DNA from: Lama guanicoe
Taxonomy: Eukaryota
Direction of reading: 5' to 3'
NCBI GenBank assembly: GCA_013239625.1
Contig: MU053881.1
Span: forward strand, 5,665,957-5,729,956
DNA: 64,000 nucleotides
Below are positions 25,845 through 38,600 of the stretch, in pieces. Every line of letters starts with the position of its first letter. The first letter of the stretch is position 1. Below the pieces are notes generated by a model, which did no database searches, was not told where the DNA came from, and was given only the letters and a program-made list of their open reading frames with translations. A program made the translations under genes and the position numbers.

Positions 25845-26290
25845 CTTCAGTCACAGTGATTTTTCCCCCACCCTTTCCTCCAGTGCACCAGATTCTGTCT
25901 TGACCTGACAAGAATTATCATCTGCTATTTATCAGGGAGACTTCACCCTTAACTCCTTTCTTGCCCATTTAACCTCTGCTTATCCTTCAGAGTTGAGTTT
26001 AAGCATCAGTTCCTTAGGGATTGTGTCTGGGTCCCCTAGGTACCCCCGCAGGTTAGATTCCCTTTGTCATATTCTTACAGCACTCATTTCTTTTTCTTCA
26101 CAGCTGTTACCATAATTGTAATTGATAAATGTATTGCATAATCCTCCACTAGACAGTCAGCTCCTTTATTAAGAAGGTAATCTCCATGGGGACAAGGATT
26201 ATGTCTGTCATATCATATTCATTTCATAGCATCTTCCCAGCATCTAGCACAGTGCATGCCATACAGTTGCCCAGTTGAATGAAGGAATAC
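25845..26290 (+). mobile_element. L2 3' portion
   Basis: 'tatccttcagagttgagtttaagcatcagttccttaggg...ctccatggggacaaggattatgtctg...cccagcatctagcacagtgc...ttgaatgaa'. Confidence 0.7.
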
Positions 26291-27666
26291 ATTTGGGAGG
26301 GCAAATGAGAATTACCATATTGTATCAGAAGTTTATATGTACTGTTAAAATGATGAATACATTCACTCTGCTTAATGCTTGGTGTTTTCTGTTACAGTAT
26401 CATCTCTCAGTTTTAAATGACTTGATCTTGAAAAGTAAGCTCTGGGCATCAGAAACTCCTTTCAGAAGATCAAAGAGCATCCCTTCCCTCCATCTCTGCT
26501 TCTAAACCAGATTTTAAAACCTGTCGTTAGCTTCTAATCTGTCCAGTTGGTCTTATCTCACTAATACTTCAGCTGTCAATTTAAAGGAGTTGTTAGCTGC
26601 TACAAGCTGCTAACCTTTCCTTTCCTCCATCCCCCTTCTTTCTTTTTTGTCTCTCTCTCTCTGTGTATATGTGTATATCAGTGATTAATAGAATCACTGT
26701 TACTAGGATTTGGCTTCTGTAGGTGAAGTAAATTTAGTAAATGCTGCATGTAATCTCCTCCTCTTAGAAATTCACTTCATAATTGTCATTTTAATAATAT
26801 GTTTCCCAGCATTTCCAAAACTTTCTGACCCCAGAATCTCTCTCCTCCATTATTTAGGTTCAAAACAAATACAACCTGAGGCTATTCTTTACTAATTTTT
26901 GTGCATTTCATCCCAACTCCTCTTATTCACCAGGGTTTCTCTATCACTCTGCCAAAGTAAGGAGGGAGGGAAGTAGCACTTGTTAAATGCCAGATTTATA
27001 TCTACTATTCCTTTTAACCTTTACAGTAACCTTGAAAGTTTTTCACATTTTAGCATGTGAGGAAATGGAGACTGGAGAAGGGAACTATTTTTTTGCTCAA
27101 GGTGAGATAGTGATCCTTCCTTCCTTCCTTCCCACCTTCCCTCCTTCTCTCCTTCCTGTCTGTCTATTTATCTCTACAAAGCCTTGTGCTCTCTCTTATC
27201 CCTGTTTGGGGTTGAAAAAAAAATACTCTTCTGATTATATTAGAGGCTGCACTTCTAGCTGTCACCTTAGTTTGAGGAGTGTTAGATGGCATCTTGGGAC
27301 TCTGAATTGCACCAGAGACTCCGGAGCAGCAGGCTTTCCAGGCTGTAGGTGGGCAGCAGCAGGTTGTCAGTATTTGGAGACACTGAGAAGAGGGGGACGC
27401 CTTGACTACCCCTGCCCAGACCGCCTCTGCCAGCCCTCGTGCTTCCTTCCTTGCCCCCTTCATTTCACGCTTAACTCCTTCTCCCCAGTTCCAGTCTTTT
27501 TGACTTTGTTGGAGTTTTAGATTGACTTTTATCAATAATGTTGTAGCTAGTATTTATTGGGTTCCTGCTTTGGATGTGGCAGGAGCTGTACCCATCTGAA
27601 CAGCTGACTTGCTTAAGGTCACATAGTATTGGACCTGGGATCTTAACCAACTTCTGCCTAGGGTTT

Positions 27667-27833
27667 TTATTTTATTTTATTTTGTTTTGTTTTGTTTTGT
27701 TTTGTTTTGTTTTACTAGAGGGAGGTAATTAGGTTTATTTATTTATTTGTATTTGAAGGAGGTACTGGGGATTGAACCCAGGATCTCGTGAATGCTGAGC
27801 GTGTATTATACCACTTGAGCTATACTGTCCCTC
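27667..27833 (-). mobile_element. Camelid tRNA-derived SINE (vic-1 type) with 14-bp TSD
   Basis: Minus strand reads ...GTATAGCTCAAGTGG (A box)...CCTGGGTTCAATCCCCAGTACCTCC (B box)...AAATAAACCTAATTACCTCCC plus an A-rich/(CAAAA)n tail. TSD TCTGCCTAGGGTTT at 27653-27666 and 27834-27847. Confidence 0.88.
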
Positions 27834-28089
27834 TCTGCCTAGGGTTTAAAAAAATTTTTTTTTACTTTCTTTATTCAGTCTCAATAAATTTTTTTGTAAG
27901 GGAAACCTACCCTAAGCAATTAAAATCTATGAAATCATGGGTTTCATGTGCTAGTTGTATGTTTTTTATAATAGTATGTATTTAAATTAAATGTATAGCT
28001 GTTAAATATTAAAACACCTTTATGTGTCACCAGAAATCACCTTGAATACTATAAACTTTGGTAAACATTGCTCTAGTCTGCTCTTCTAA

Positions 28090-28960
28090 CTAAAGTTCAT
28101 CCACCCATCCATGAAGATTTCCGTATGTATCTGTAAAAGATAAGGACTTCGAAACGAAAGACGGTTAAAAAACACATAAACATAGAGCACATGGTTCTAT
28201 TATTACACCTAAAAAGTTAACAGTATAACTTAATGTCAAATAGTCAGTGTTTATATTTGCCTAATTGTCTTAGGGATAATTTTTAAATTAATAAACTTTA
28301 CATTTTAGAACAGTTTTAGATTACAAGACAGTTGAGCAGATAGCACAGAATCCTCACACGCTCCCAGTTCCCGCACTGTTAACATCCTGCGTTAGTGTAG
28401 TCGTGAAGCGATACTGACGCGTTATTATTAACTGCACCCTGGAGTTTGTTCAGCTGTATTTAGTTTTCTTTCACCTCATGTCCTTTTTCTACTCCAGGAT
28501 TCCATCCAGGATCCTACCTTAAATTCAGTTGTCATGTGTCTGTAGGCTCCTCTTGGCTGTGTCAGTTGCTTAGACTTTGTTTTTGATGGCCGTGACAGTA
28601 TTGAGGAACTGATATATTGTGTTGCTCTCTGTTGCAGTTTGTCCTGTTTTTCTTATAAATTTTTTTTAATATTTGTGGGTTTCTTTTTCAATTCGGAGTC
28701 AGGCTTGATTCACACATTGCATATAGTTAGTAGTCTCTCAAATCTCTTTAAATCTATAAAAATTGCCTCTTCCATCTTTTTTTTTTTCTTGGCATATATT
28801 TATTGAAGAAACTGAATTGGTCATTTGTTCTTGTATTACTTTCCAGATTTTGGATTTTGTTAAGTTCCTATTAGGTCCACATATTCTGTTCCTGTTTGTA
28901 TTTCTTGTAAATTGGTAATCAAATCCAGAGGTTTGTTGGATTCAAGTTCAGTGTTTTTCT
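28090..28960 (-). mobile_element. Old L1 3' UTR fragments (L1MC/L1ME, nested)
   Basis: 'ttttagaacagttttagatt-acaag...gagcagatagcacaga', 'ccaggattccatccaggatcc...tcagttgtcatgtgtc'. Confidence 0.65.
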
Positions 28961-30044
28961 TTTATCAATTACAGAACAAAATAAAACCAAACAAAATCAA
29001 AACTTATGCTCTGTCCACAGTGTCATGGTGCTTTCTTGTTTTTGTGATGTTTTCTGTACTTTACAGGTAAGTCATTCTTGGAGAAACATAGGACTTCTAT
29101 GCATTTGCATTTTCCTGAGTTTTCTGAGTTAAAGCTGCATAGTTTATTGGCAGTAGAAAGAGAAGCAGCAGCCTGGCTGCAGGAATGTCCGCATGTGGTT
29201 GTCGATTTTGCCAAGGACAGTGATGACATATGTTATGTTATTGACGATCAGTATTAGGGTTTTATTCCTATAGTTTTTTTGTTTTCAGCTTTTCCCTTTT
29301 TCTCAGCTCAGAAACGTAATGACTGTTGCTACTGTTGGTATATCCTTAAACCTTATTTTTAAAAAAAGAATGAGTGATTACAGTGACATACATACACAAT
29401 GTAGGAGGATAAAAACAAAATAATTGGGTAAATGAAGATGAGAGGAAAAATAAATGTAGGAAAATAATATGAAGGAAGAGATAAAGTTATACAGAAATGC
29501 ATTGAATAAGGTTAGTTGTTTCAGGAGGGGCGCAGCATTGGCTCTGCTGGTTATAGTGGTGGCATTCTGTGTCGGTAGCAGTTTGCAGGACTTTTGTGAA
29601 CTTAGAGGATAAATATATTCCTTTCTCTAAGGTTATTTATTTATCTGGTATTTGTACTTGGTACAACCAACCTCATTTCTTATTTGGAGTGTAGTGCCTA
29701 TAAAGACGTGGGTCAGGTTTCTCAGTATTGAGTTTCAGAGCTCCTTGGAAAATCAGGACTCATTTTTTCTTGTGCTTTCTTTCTGTAGTCTTAGAGTTTT
29801 GACTGGTTTGTCCTGTTACATTTTTTTTTCTTTCTCTAGTATCTGTGGTATAGCATGAGTAGGATATTCTTGGAACACGTACCTTTGAATACTAGTAGAA
29901 TAAAATGACCTCATAGGGAAATAAATTTAACAGTTTTTCATCTGCAGAATACTATATCTTTATGACCTTGGCCATGTCAAATATCTTTTTTGGCTTTTGT
30001 CTGTTGTATTTGAACTTAGTATTTAAGATTTGTTCTGATTTTTT

Positions 30045-30360
30045 TTTTCCAGTTGAAAGTAACTGAAAGCCCAACTAAAAACTGGCCTAAGCTGAAACAG
30101 GAAACTTATAATTTGAAAAATCCAGAGGTAGATGTGGATTCAGTTTCTTAGAATGAATGTGGTACCTCCTAGTACCAGCTCCGGACTCTCCCTGTGGTAA
30201 CCACTAGGGCATCAGAAGCTTCAGCTTTCATCCTCTCATGTTCAAGCTCAGTGGGGAAAGAGATTTCTTTTCTTGTGGCTCCCATAGAAGTCCTAGGATT
30301 CAACTCAGAATATGTACTTATTCCTGAATCAGTGACTGTGATTAGGTGATGTGGTCAAAA
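30045..30360 (-). mobile_element. MaLR LTR fragment (MLT1J/K-like)
   Basis: 'cagttgaaagtaactgaaagcccaactaaaaactggcctaag...aaaatccagaggtag...ttcctgaatcagtgactgtg'. Confidence 0.6.
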
Positions 30361-32638
30361 ACAAGTGTCTACCATCAGCTCTTTAAACTTACAGCTTAAA
30401 ATTCTTCTTTAGCCTCTGAATCAAATTTTTGCTTTGCATGTAAACTGTCTGGACTTTACATGTTAATTATTTGATACCTTAACCCATATTTATTGAGTTC
30501 CTACTCTACAGGTGCTTTTAAGGACCTGAAAACATTACATTGTAAATTGTCTTATCACTTGCTTATAATTACTTTACTTTTTATCAGTTGTTTTGGAAAT
30601 ACAGTACAAATTTTACAGGAAAGTTTATTATTTCTGGTGTTTTCCTGTGGCTTATAGACCAATATTTGGTTTTTGAATTTGAAAATTTTCAAAGTAAAAT
30701 CACCCTTTCAATTTTTTTTGCTTATATAGCAATCTTGGTAGCTGTTTTTATTGTTTCTCTTTTAGAGTTTTAACTCATTGATTAAAAGAAATGTGGATTA
30801 TGGGTTATTTTTTTCTCTTAAGTGTAGCAAGAACAGCTGCTATGAGATTTGTCTTCTAATCGTCCTCTCAATTTTGTATTCTCTCAGAGTTAGTAAAAAA
30901 TTTATTATGGTGGTGACATCTGTGTTCTGTGCTTTGTAGAACATCTTGACTGACTGCTTATAGCTGAGTCATCCATAACGTTATTAGAACAGTGGAGTTG
31001 AACAGTGTTTTTGACAAAGAAGTACAGTATCTCTTAAATTTATCTTGGGCCTATGCATCTTGACTTCGTTGCTTCCTTTGTGTGACAACTTCCGGAGTGT
31101 TGTGTTCATATGTACTTCTGCAAGAAGAGTATGTAATTTCTAGATTGACCTTACGGTAGCATATGTTTCCCAGTAATTATCTGCTGTTGAGACGAGGTGC
31201 TTTCAAGGGGGTGTATGCCAAAAGCACCATGTGAGATGTTTAGAGGACCTGGACTAGAAAAACATTTTAAGAAAACAGACAAAATGCTCTCTGTAAGGTC
31301 CCTTTCAGCTCCAGAATTTAATGAAATCTCTGGCTTCAAGCGGTGAGAACTCCCCTTACCCAGTTGCCTGCAGGAAACAGACAATGTGAAGGGAATCAAA
31401 GACATCCTTGCTGTGCAGCAAGCAGCAGGGATCCTTACTAAGGCAGTCCTAGCTCCTGGCTGAAAGACAGATTCGTTTGTTCTTAGAGCCCAGTGGATTG
31501 TGAGGCACATAACTTCATTCTTATTTGAAACCAAGGTCAGCTTAGGATATGAGAACAATGCACTATATGAGAAAATAGAACAAATGCAAAGTTTGTGATA
31601 AATTTAATTAAGGGATGATAAACTCCTTTATATATGAGCTTGGACAACTCACTTTTCATGCTATTGCTAGCTAAAGAAGCAAAATTTTGATTACATTGTT
31701 TTCCAAATCAATGTGTGTGTGTGTGTGCGTGTAAAATTTTAAATATTGGGACTCTACGAACTTGTAATATATGTTTCTTTGGGATAGAAAGGGTTGGGTC
31801 TCTGAAAATAAGTATGTATTTGAGAAATGAGCAACGTTCAGAAAATGTTAGAGGGCTTATTTAAATGGTGTAAGGTGTGAATTCAGAAGGTTTCTTAGGA
31901 CCAACTTTCATTCCGTAGGTGCAGTGAGACAAGAAGCATATTAGATGGTGGAAGTTTTGAAAGTCTTTGGAAGTGATTTTAAAAATACCATTAGTTAGTG
32001 GAGTTTTAAGTTTTAATACTCTGGAAAGGAGTGAAGCTGCATTTCTTTAAAACATTTCCTACTTTAGGAATTTAGCCATCTTTCTCCCTTTAGTGATTGG
32101 GAAAAAAATATAGCTTTATTTACAGAAGTAATTTTGATACCAGAATATTTGGTTCTGAGAATTCTTGTGTTGTCTGTTGAAGCATTCAGTATACTGGCAT
32201 GTTGAGTAAACTTTTTTGAATGAATAATCAGTTTAAAATGAACAAGTTAAAATAGGATTATGATGTGGTCTGACTATAATTGAGTCAAACCCATTGAGAG
32301 TAGATGTGGTTTTCCTTAAGTCATCTTCCTGAAAGTGATATTTCTTCCTAGAAGAAGAGAGAATATTCATTATATCAGGAGAAAAAAAAATTTTTTTACT
32401 ATCTATATGTTTTAATGTTCTTTTTAAAACATGGTAAGCTTTGCACTCTCTCACATGAAAGTAGGGTAAAGATTTTGACTCAGTGTATTATCTTAGGACA
32501 ATCAGTTCGCGGTGTGCAGCCACTTTCAGAAATTCCGTGGTTAAAGTGTTTTGGCTCGTGAGAGTGGGTGGAAGGACTAGGAGGGGTGCAGCCGGCACCT
32601 GTGCCTGCAATGGTAAGGAAGGGGAGGTGGGCTAACTT

Positions 32639-32674
32639 GGGGTGGGGCCCGGGGCCCGGGGCCCGGGGCCCGGG
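32639..32674 (+). repeat. (GGGGCCC)4 heptamer repeat, G-quadruplex-capable
   Basis: GGGG T GGGGCCC GGGGCCC GGGGCCC GGGGCCC GGG, giving six G-runs. Confidence 0.9.
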
Positions 32675-35600
32675 TAGAGATAGTGAGAGCAGGTGTCCCT
32701 CAGCTCTCAGACGATATCCAAAAAACAAGGTGAGTGTTTAGTTCCCTCACCTGGAAGTCCTCTCAGGTGTCACGCAGTATGGGCCGTGGCTTGTCAGGTA
32801 TTTAGAAATGGTAGTCTCATGAGAGAGAACACTGTCACTAAAGGATTTTCTGGCTAGGTTATCGTCTGCTAGCTGGAAGCCACAGGCATTGAAATGAATC
32901 TCGGGTAATGTCTTTGTCACCTCAGAGTGCAACCAAACTCTAATAGCTCGCTCAACTCCACCTGCTCTCTGCTTTTTTTGGAGCATGGCCTAGAAGTCAA
33001 GGGAAAGGATGCTAGGACCAGAAGCCCAGGTAACCGTGTGGAAGTGCTGGTTGCTCTGTATTGGGTGGCCTAGGGGAGAGAGCAGTGAGAAGCTTCAGTA
33101 CTGTATTGCCCGTTGCGTGTTGGCTGTGTCTGAAAAACTATGGTAGACAAAAAGAGTAAACTGAAAGTCACCTGTATTTAGTTCTGTATTTTATCAAATA
33201 AAATGGGATCATAATGTAAGTCCTTATTTGTAGCCTTTGTTCACGTAGACAGTTTCTTTTTTTTTTTAAACAACATCCAGAGTGAGGTTTTTAAAAAATT
33301 TTTAAAGGTTACTTTCCATTTACAGTTATTATAAAATATTGGCTATCACTTAAAGTTTCTTGAACATTTTCAGTGGATCATAACTTTCTTTTCACATATT
33401 GAGAACTTCTAGGTGAATAAATAAACTCCAATAAAAATGATTTTTATTTGATGGATACATAATGTTCTGTCTTCTGGATGATCTGTAATTTATTTAACCA
33501 GTTTGTTTTGCTGGGTATTTTTTCCTTTGCTGTTGTGACAGTGATGTGATGAGCATCTTCTTAGCTGTATTTTTTGGACTTATCTTTATTTTCCCCTTTA
33601 GTGTAATTTCCTACATATGAAATTGCTTAGTATTTAATTGGAAATAGCTCAGAGGAAATTGCAGCTTTATGGAATTTAATGTCCAGCAAAGGAGGTGACA
33701 GGTAGTATAATTCAGGGAAGAAAGTAGGGGTTTTGGAATTAGAGATAATTGCAAGTCTGCTACTTATTTTTTTTGCCCTCTGGCAAGTTATTTGATGTCT
33801 TTGAACCTTAGTTTCTTCCTCTTTAAAACCAAGATAGCTGTCTGGCCAGAGGTGGTGTGATAGCTACTGAGAGAGATCATGATAGCTGTACAGTGTCTGG
33901 CACATAGTAGGCTCTCTGAAAATACAAATTTTCATCCCCTCCTCAATTACCCTTTTTCGTAAATTTTTATTTACATTCAACATTTTTTAATTGAAAATGA
34001 GGTTAAGTTTATAATGGTCTTCTCTAGTTCTGTACAACTTTCCTGATTGTACCAAGATGCTAATTGATAATTGATTAAAGGCTCAGATATACTTAGTTTA
34101 ACTGTTGTTTACTTCTCTCTAGTCTCAGGCTTTGTGGATCTTGGATAAACCCCATTGGGATTGGGTTCAAACTGATCTGACCTGGAGCTTGCTGGGGGAA
34201 TCTGTTCCTTCTTGGCAACTGAACCTCAGACTGGTCCTTGTACAACTGAGGACCCATGTGGCTATGCCGGAAATAGATTATTTTGTTACATCCTGTTCTC
34301 TGTCATGCTGCTTAGAATAGAGATTCCACTTCCCCCCTCATACATCTAATCCTCCCTTTCTCCAGCTTCTGTAAGAGCTTTGAAAAACCTGATGACATTT
34401 TTGAATCATGGGTGGTAGTTGTGAAGTGAACAAGGATGATTTTTTTTCCTTTGAAATTACTCATGAGTAAGCCGTTATCATGTTGATTCTTGTTGCACTA
34501 GGTAAAATATTTTTCTAGCACTCCGTGTTTTAACACATTTTAAACTAAAAATATTTGAGATAGACTCAATTCTTGGGAAAAGAATTTTTTTTTATTTAAA
34601 TTGTCACATTATTGTTTGTAATTTATAACTTATATAATTAAACAAAAATTATGCAATCTAGTATTAAAATATTGTAAGTACTAGATGTTCATTGGAGAGA
34701 AATTAGAAAATATGTATGAATAAAAATTAAAAAAGGAAAATTACCCTTCATCCTTTTACCAAAGATAACTGCGAAGATCCATTTTAGTTCTGGGTTCTGG
34801 TATCTTATTTTAGATAATCATACAAGATGAGATAATTGTCTGGACATTGAAAGATTTTGGGTGTTTTGTTTTTGTTTTTGTAGTAGGGTTTAAAGAAAGT
34901 TTGAACTCTGGCTTTGAGTCTTGATTCCACTACAGTTTGGCTGTTTGACTCTCTAAAATTTGGCAGAAAGTAAATTTCAGTATTCCTCATTCTTATCCTT
35001 CTTTTTTTCCTTCTCATCCCCGCTGCCTCCTTTTCCCCATGCCCTTTTCTTCCTTTAACATATATCCTAGCCTAAAAATACACTATGGTATGTTATCTAT
35101 AAAAATGTATTTCTAAGCATTAATTTTCTTGGTTACGTCACATGGTTACTGTCAAAGTTTGTTATAATAAAATACCATTATAAGGAAAAGAAAGAGCCTT
35201 TCGTACACTGAGGCATGGACTAGTGTTCATTTTTTTTGAAAAGGACTAGCCTTTTCAAAAGGCTTTAGAAAATGCCCATATATTATGAATTAACTTTTGT
35301 TTTATAACCTGATTATTACGATTCTTGGTTTTAAAAAATACAGTTATGTGGTGAGAGTTCGCTGTTTTTTATAGATTGCCATCAAACATTTCAACAGCAG
35401 AAAGTCCACATTCTGAATCTTAGAAAAGACACTTTTGGAAGCTTTGTGGCCCTGTTTTGTTACAACTACTGCTGCTGCTTGAAAAGCAAGTCTGAGAATT
35501 CAGACACAGTAGGATAGTCCTTAATTTGGATTAATTTTAATTCTTGCTTTATTTGCTTTGAGATGAGGACAGCCTTCAGCAGAAACTAAATGGATCCTTA

Positions 35601-38600
35601 GTAGCCTTCACATCCAGGATGGAGTGCACTCCTTGAGCCTACCTATTGTATCATTCTTCAGGACCCAAATCCCCTCTCCTGGATAGAGATTCCCAGTGGA
35701 AAGAGTGTTATCACCAAGTGGTAACCATGAAATAGATCTTTTATTTCATTCTTTCTGTATTTGGTAGCTCCCATTGCATTATTATGGCACTCTGTTTTAT
35801 ATCCTATCAGTAAGGTATGGTGGGAGCTTTATTGGGGAAAAAGAACCTAGGCTGAGTATGAAAGTTGACTTTAGACATGTACATCTAAAGGTAAGTGCTG
35901 GCTCTTATGGCTGCTCTTTGTAGCCCAGCTGAAAGAAATTTGCATTAGTTGTAAAATAAAAATCAGAGACTGTCTTATAAGTTCTCTAGGAGACTTACCG
36001 TTCTCACTTCTCTTCAACATGCTTCACTCCAGCTGCCAAAGGTCATTCCTCTGCTTAAAACAGTTTAATGGTTGTCTCATCATTGCCTCTAGCAGTAATT
36101 TGAATATTAAAGTTCTCGTTTGAAGGAATTAAAATTAAAAATATTCTTACTTCACGTTATCTATAAAAACATGTATGGTTTTTGTACTATTTACTTTATC
36201 ACTTTATCATTGAGTTACTACTGAGCAGACTTTTCTCTCTATTCTTGCATGTGGCAAATGTTCCCCGCATGTGCTAGAAAACCACCTCTTTCTTCGATGT
36301 TGGCTTGAATTGGTTTGGTTTTGGCTTCATATTATGCTTTATCTCCTACCTGTTAGTCTAAGAACCTCACCCCCAGCCCTGTCAGTGTGTTGCATGACCC
36401 ACTTCCATTCCTCCGACAGATATTGTTGAAATGGTATATTGAGTTGCAGGAAAAATATCTTGTACAATATTGATAAAAAACTGGACCACACACCTGGGAA
36501 GAACTGGCTGTTTACTGGTGAGCTGTAGTACACAGTATAAGAGCTGTTGTCCTATAGGATGAAGTCTCAATTTGAATAGAATGGTATGGGGAGACCTCTG
36601 TTATTTGGCACCTCTCTGTCTCTCTAAGCTTTCCTCATCTCAAACTTAAATGCTCTAGTCATGCTAAATTAATTGCAGATCCTTGAATAGGATGTGCTAT
36701 TTCTTAGCTATTTGGCTTTGCTCATGCTATTTATTCTGCCTGGAATATCCACCCCCCCCACCCCGCTACTTCCTTATCATTTATAGCTCAGTTGAGGCAT
36801 TCTCCTCTTTTGAGTGTGTTAAGACTGTGTGTGTGTGTGTGTGTGTATTGCACATTCTTAAGACACCCTCCTATGAGCTCCTGGAGAAGAGAATGTCTTA
36901 ATTGCTTTTCTGTGTGCAGATAGATGTAAGTTCAGATAAGTTTTTCATTGAATGGAATAGTATTTAAGCCACTCAAATTGGTTATCTCAAGCATGATAGG
37001 AGTTAGAAGAGGCTGGTAATGGTTCTTTGGGAAGTAGTTTAGAGAAAAAAAAATTGGGATTTATAGAAAACCTATAATAAGGCATATTTTGGAATCAGAG
37101 TAGCATTAGAGAGACAATGAACATAAAATACCTCTTTGGGTAGCTTTTAAAAAAAATTGTCTCTTTGAGAAGCAGTCAGGGCAGGATATTCAAAACAATT
37201 CCATCTAGACACAGACCAAAGTTAGCTTTTGTGAGTTCTTCTTAAAACCAGCCAATGAGAGGACAAGGTGCCTGCAGCCACTTTTCCCTTTTGATTTGTG
37301 GTTCCTATGGCAATAGGAAGAGAGCCTAGGACATTTCTCTCCTACCTCTTTTAATAACTTTTTTGCTTTTGAAAAATGCCAAAAGCTATTATCTTCTTGT
37401 CTTCACTGACTTATAGCTTTTCTCAGCACGATGCCCTTGATTTTGTTTTTTTTTGTTATACAGTGTATATGACAAAATTAATAAACACTATCAGTTTCCT
37501 TGATTAATAGTATTTTTCTCTCTATAGAACTTTGAAATACAATCAGTTGAATTGGGTATTTGCTATTAATGTTAGAACCTCTTGTGAATCATTTCTTGTT
37601 CTTTGTGATTAGCCCTAAATTAGAATACTGGTCATTACAAGTAGCTAAATGTGAAATTATAACAAACATTTCTTAGGGGTTTGCTGCCCCTGAAAGGCCT
37701 CTCTTAAGCATCCCCTTTGTGATCCCCCTGGGCTTCTTTTGAGCTTGAGGCTGAAATCTCAAGAGGAAAGAGGCTTAGTTTGTATTGTTGTTAGCTTAGT
37801 AAGTAGGTCAATAAGTGTTTGTTAAATTTGGTAAATACCCATGGTATCAGGGTAAGTTCTTCAGACATATTTTAACAATGAGATAGTGTTCCAGAAGTTT
37901 AAAGATAGACCACTGTTAGCTTTAAAAAAGAAAGGAAGAAAAAGAGACAGTAGTCTGCATTGTGAATATAGCTCATAAGAAGAAATCTTAACATTATTCA
38001 GTTAAAGAATGATGGATGATAGTTATTCTGCAATAGTCAATATGGATTTTCAACCCCCTCCTTAAATTTAAAATTAGCAGCTTCAAGAATCAATTACTGC
38101 TTATGATCAGAGCTTCATTTTAATGCTCTTAGGCTGATAAATACAGAACCTTTATTTTTAGCCATTGTTTTCAAATTAGATCAATGTCCTCTTGCACCAT
38201 TAGACCTAAGAGAAACCTTAATTAGACTAGCAGGTATAGATTTCTTCTTTTTAAGGGTTTAATGATTTAATTTAATTTTTTAAATTGTAGACTTCTTTAT
38301 TAAAAGATGGATGTGTTTCCTAGAGTGGCATTTTCTGTTGAGTAAAGACTGTTTTTCAGTGCTGTGTTTGGTCATTTAGCTTCAAGGTAATTTGAGTGTC
38401 AAGTAGGGCAGTTCTAATACTTTTTATAAATGTTGGCATCACTCTCTTTACCCCAGAATATCCATGGATGTTCTAAAGATAAATTCTAGGAAGTTAGACC
38501 CTCTAAGGGTTCTGTAAAAATCTTTTGGTGAATGTACAAGTTCAGTATCAAGCTTTAAAAAATATTTGTAATAAATGTTTAATACTTTGAAATTAAGTTC

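Noticed and set aside
26987..27520. 177-aa plus-strand ORF and overlapping 123-aa minus ORF
   Set aside because: Runs through MIR-like and CCTT low-complexity sequence, with no recognisable domain or splice support.
27770..27833. Possible tRNA gene on the minus strand
   Set aside because: It is the head of the SINE, with body, tail and TSD, and the tRNA stems are degraded.
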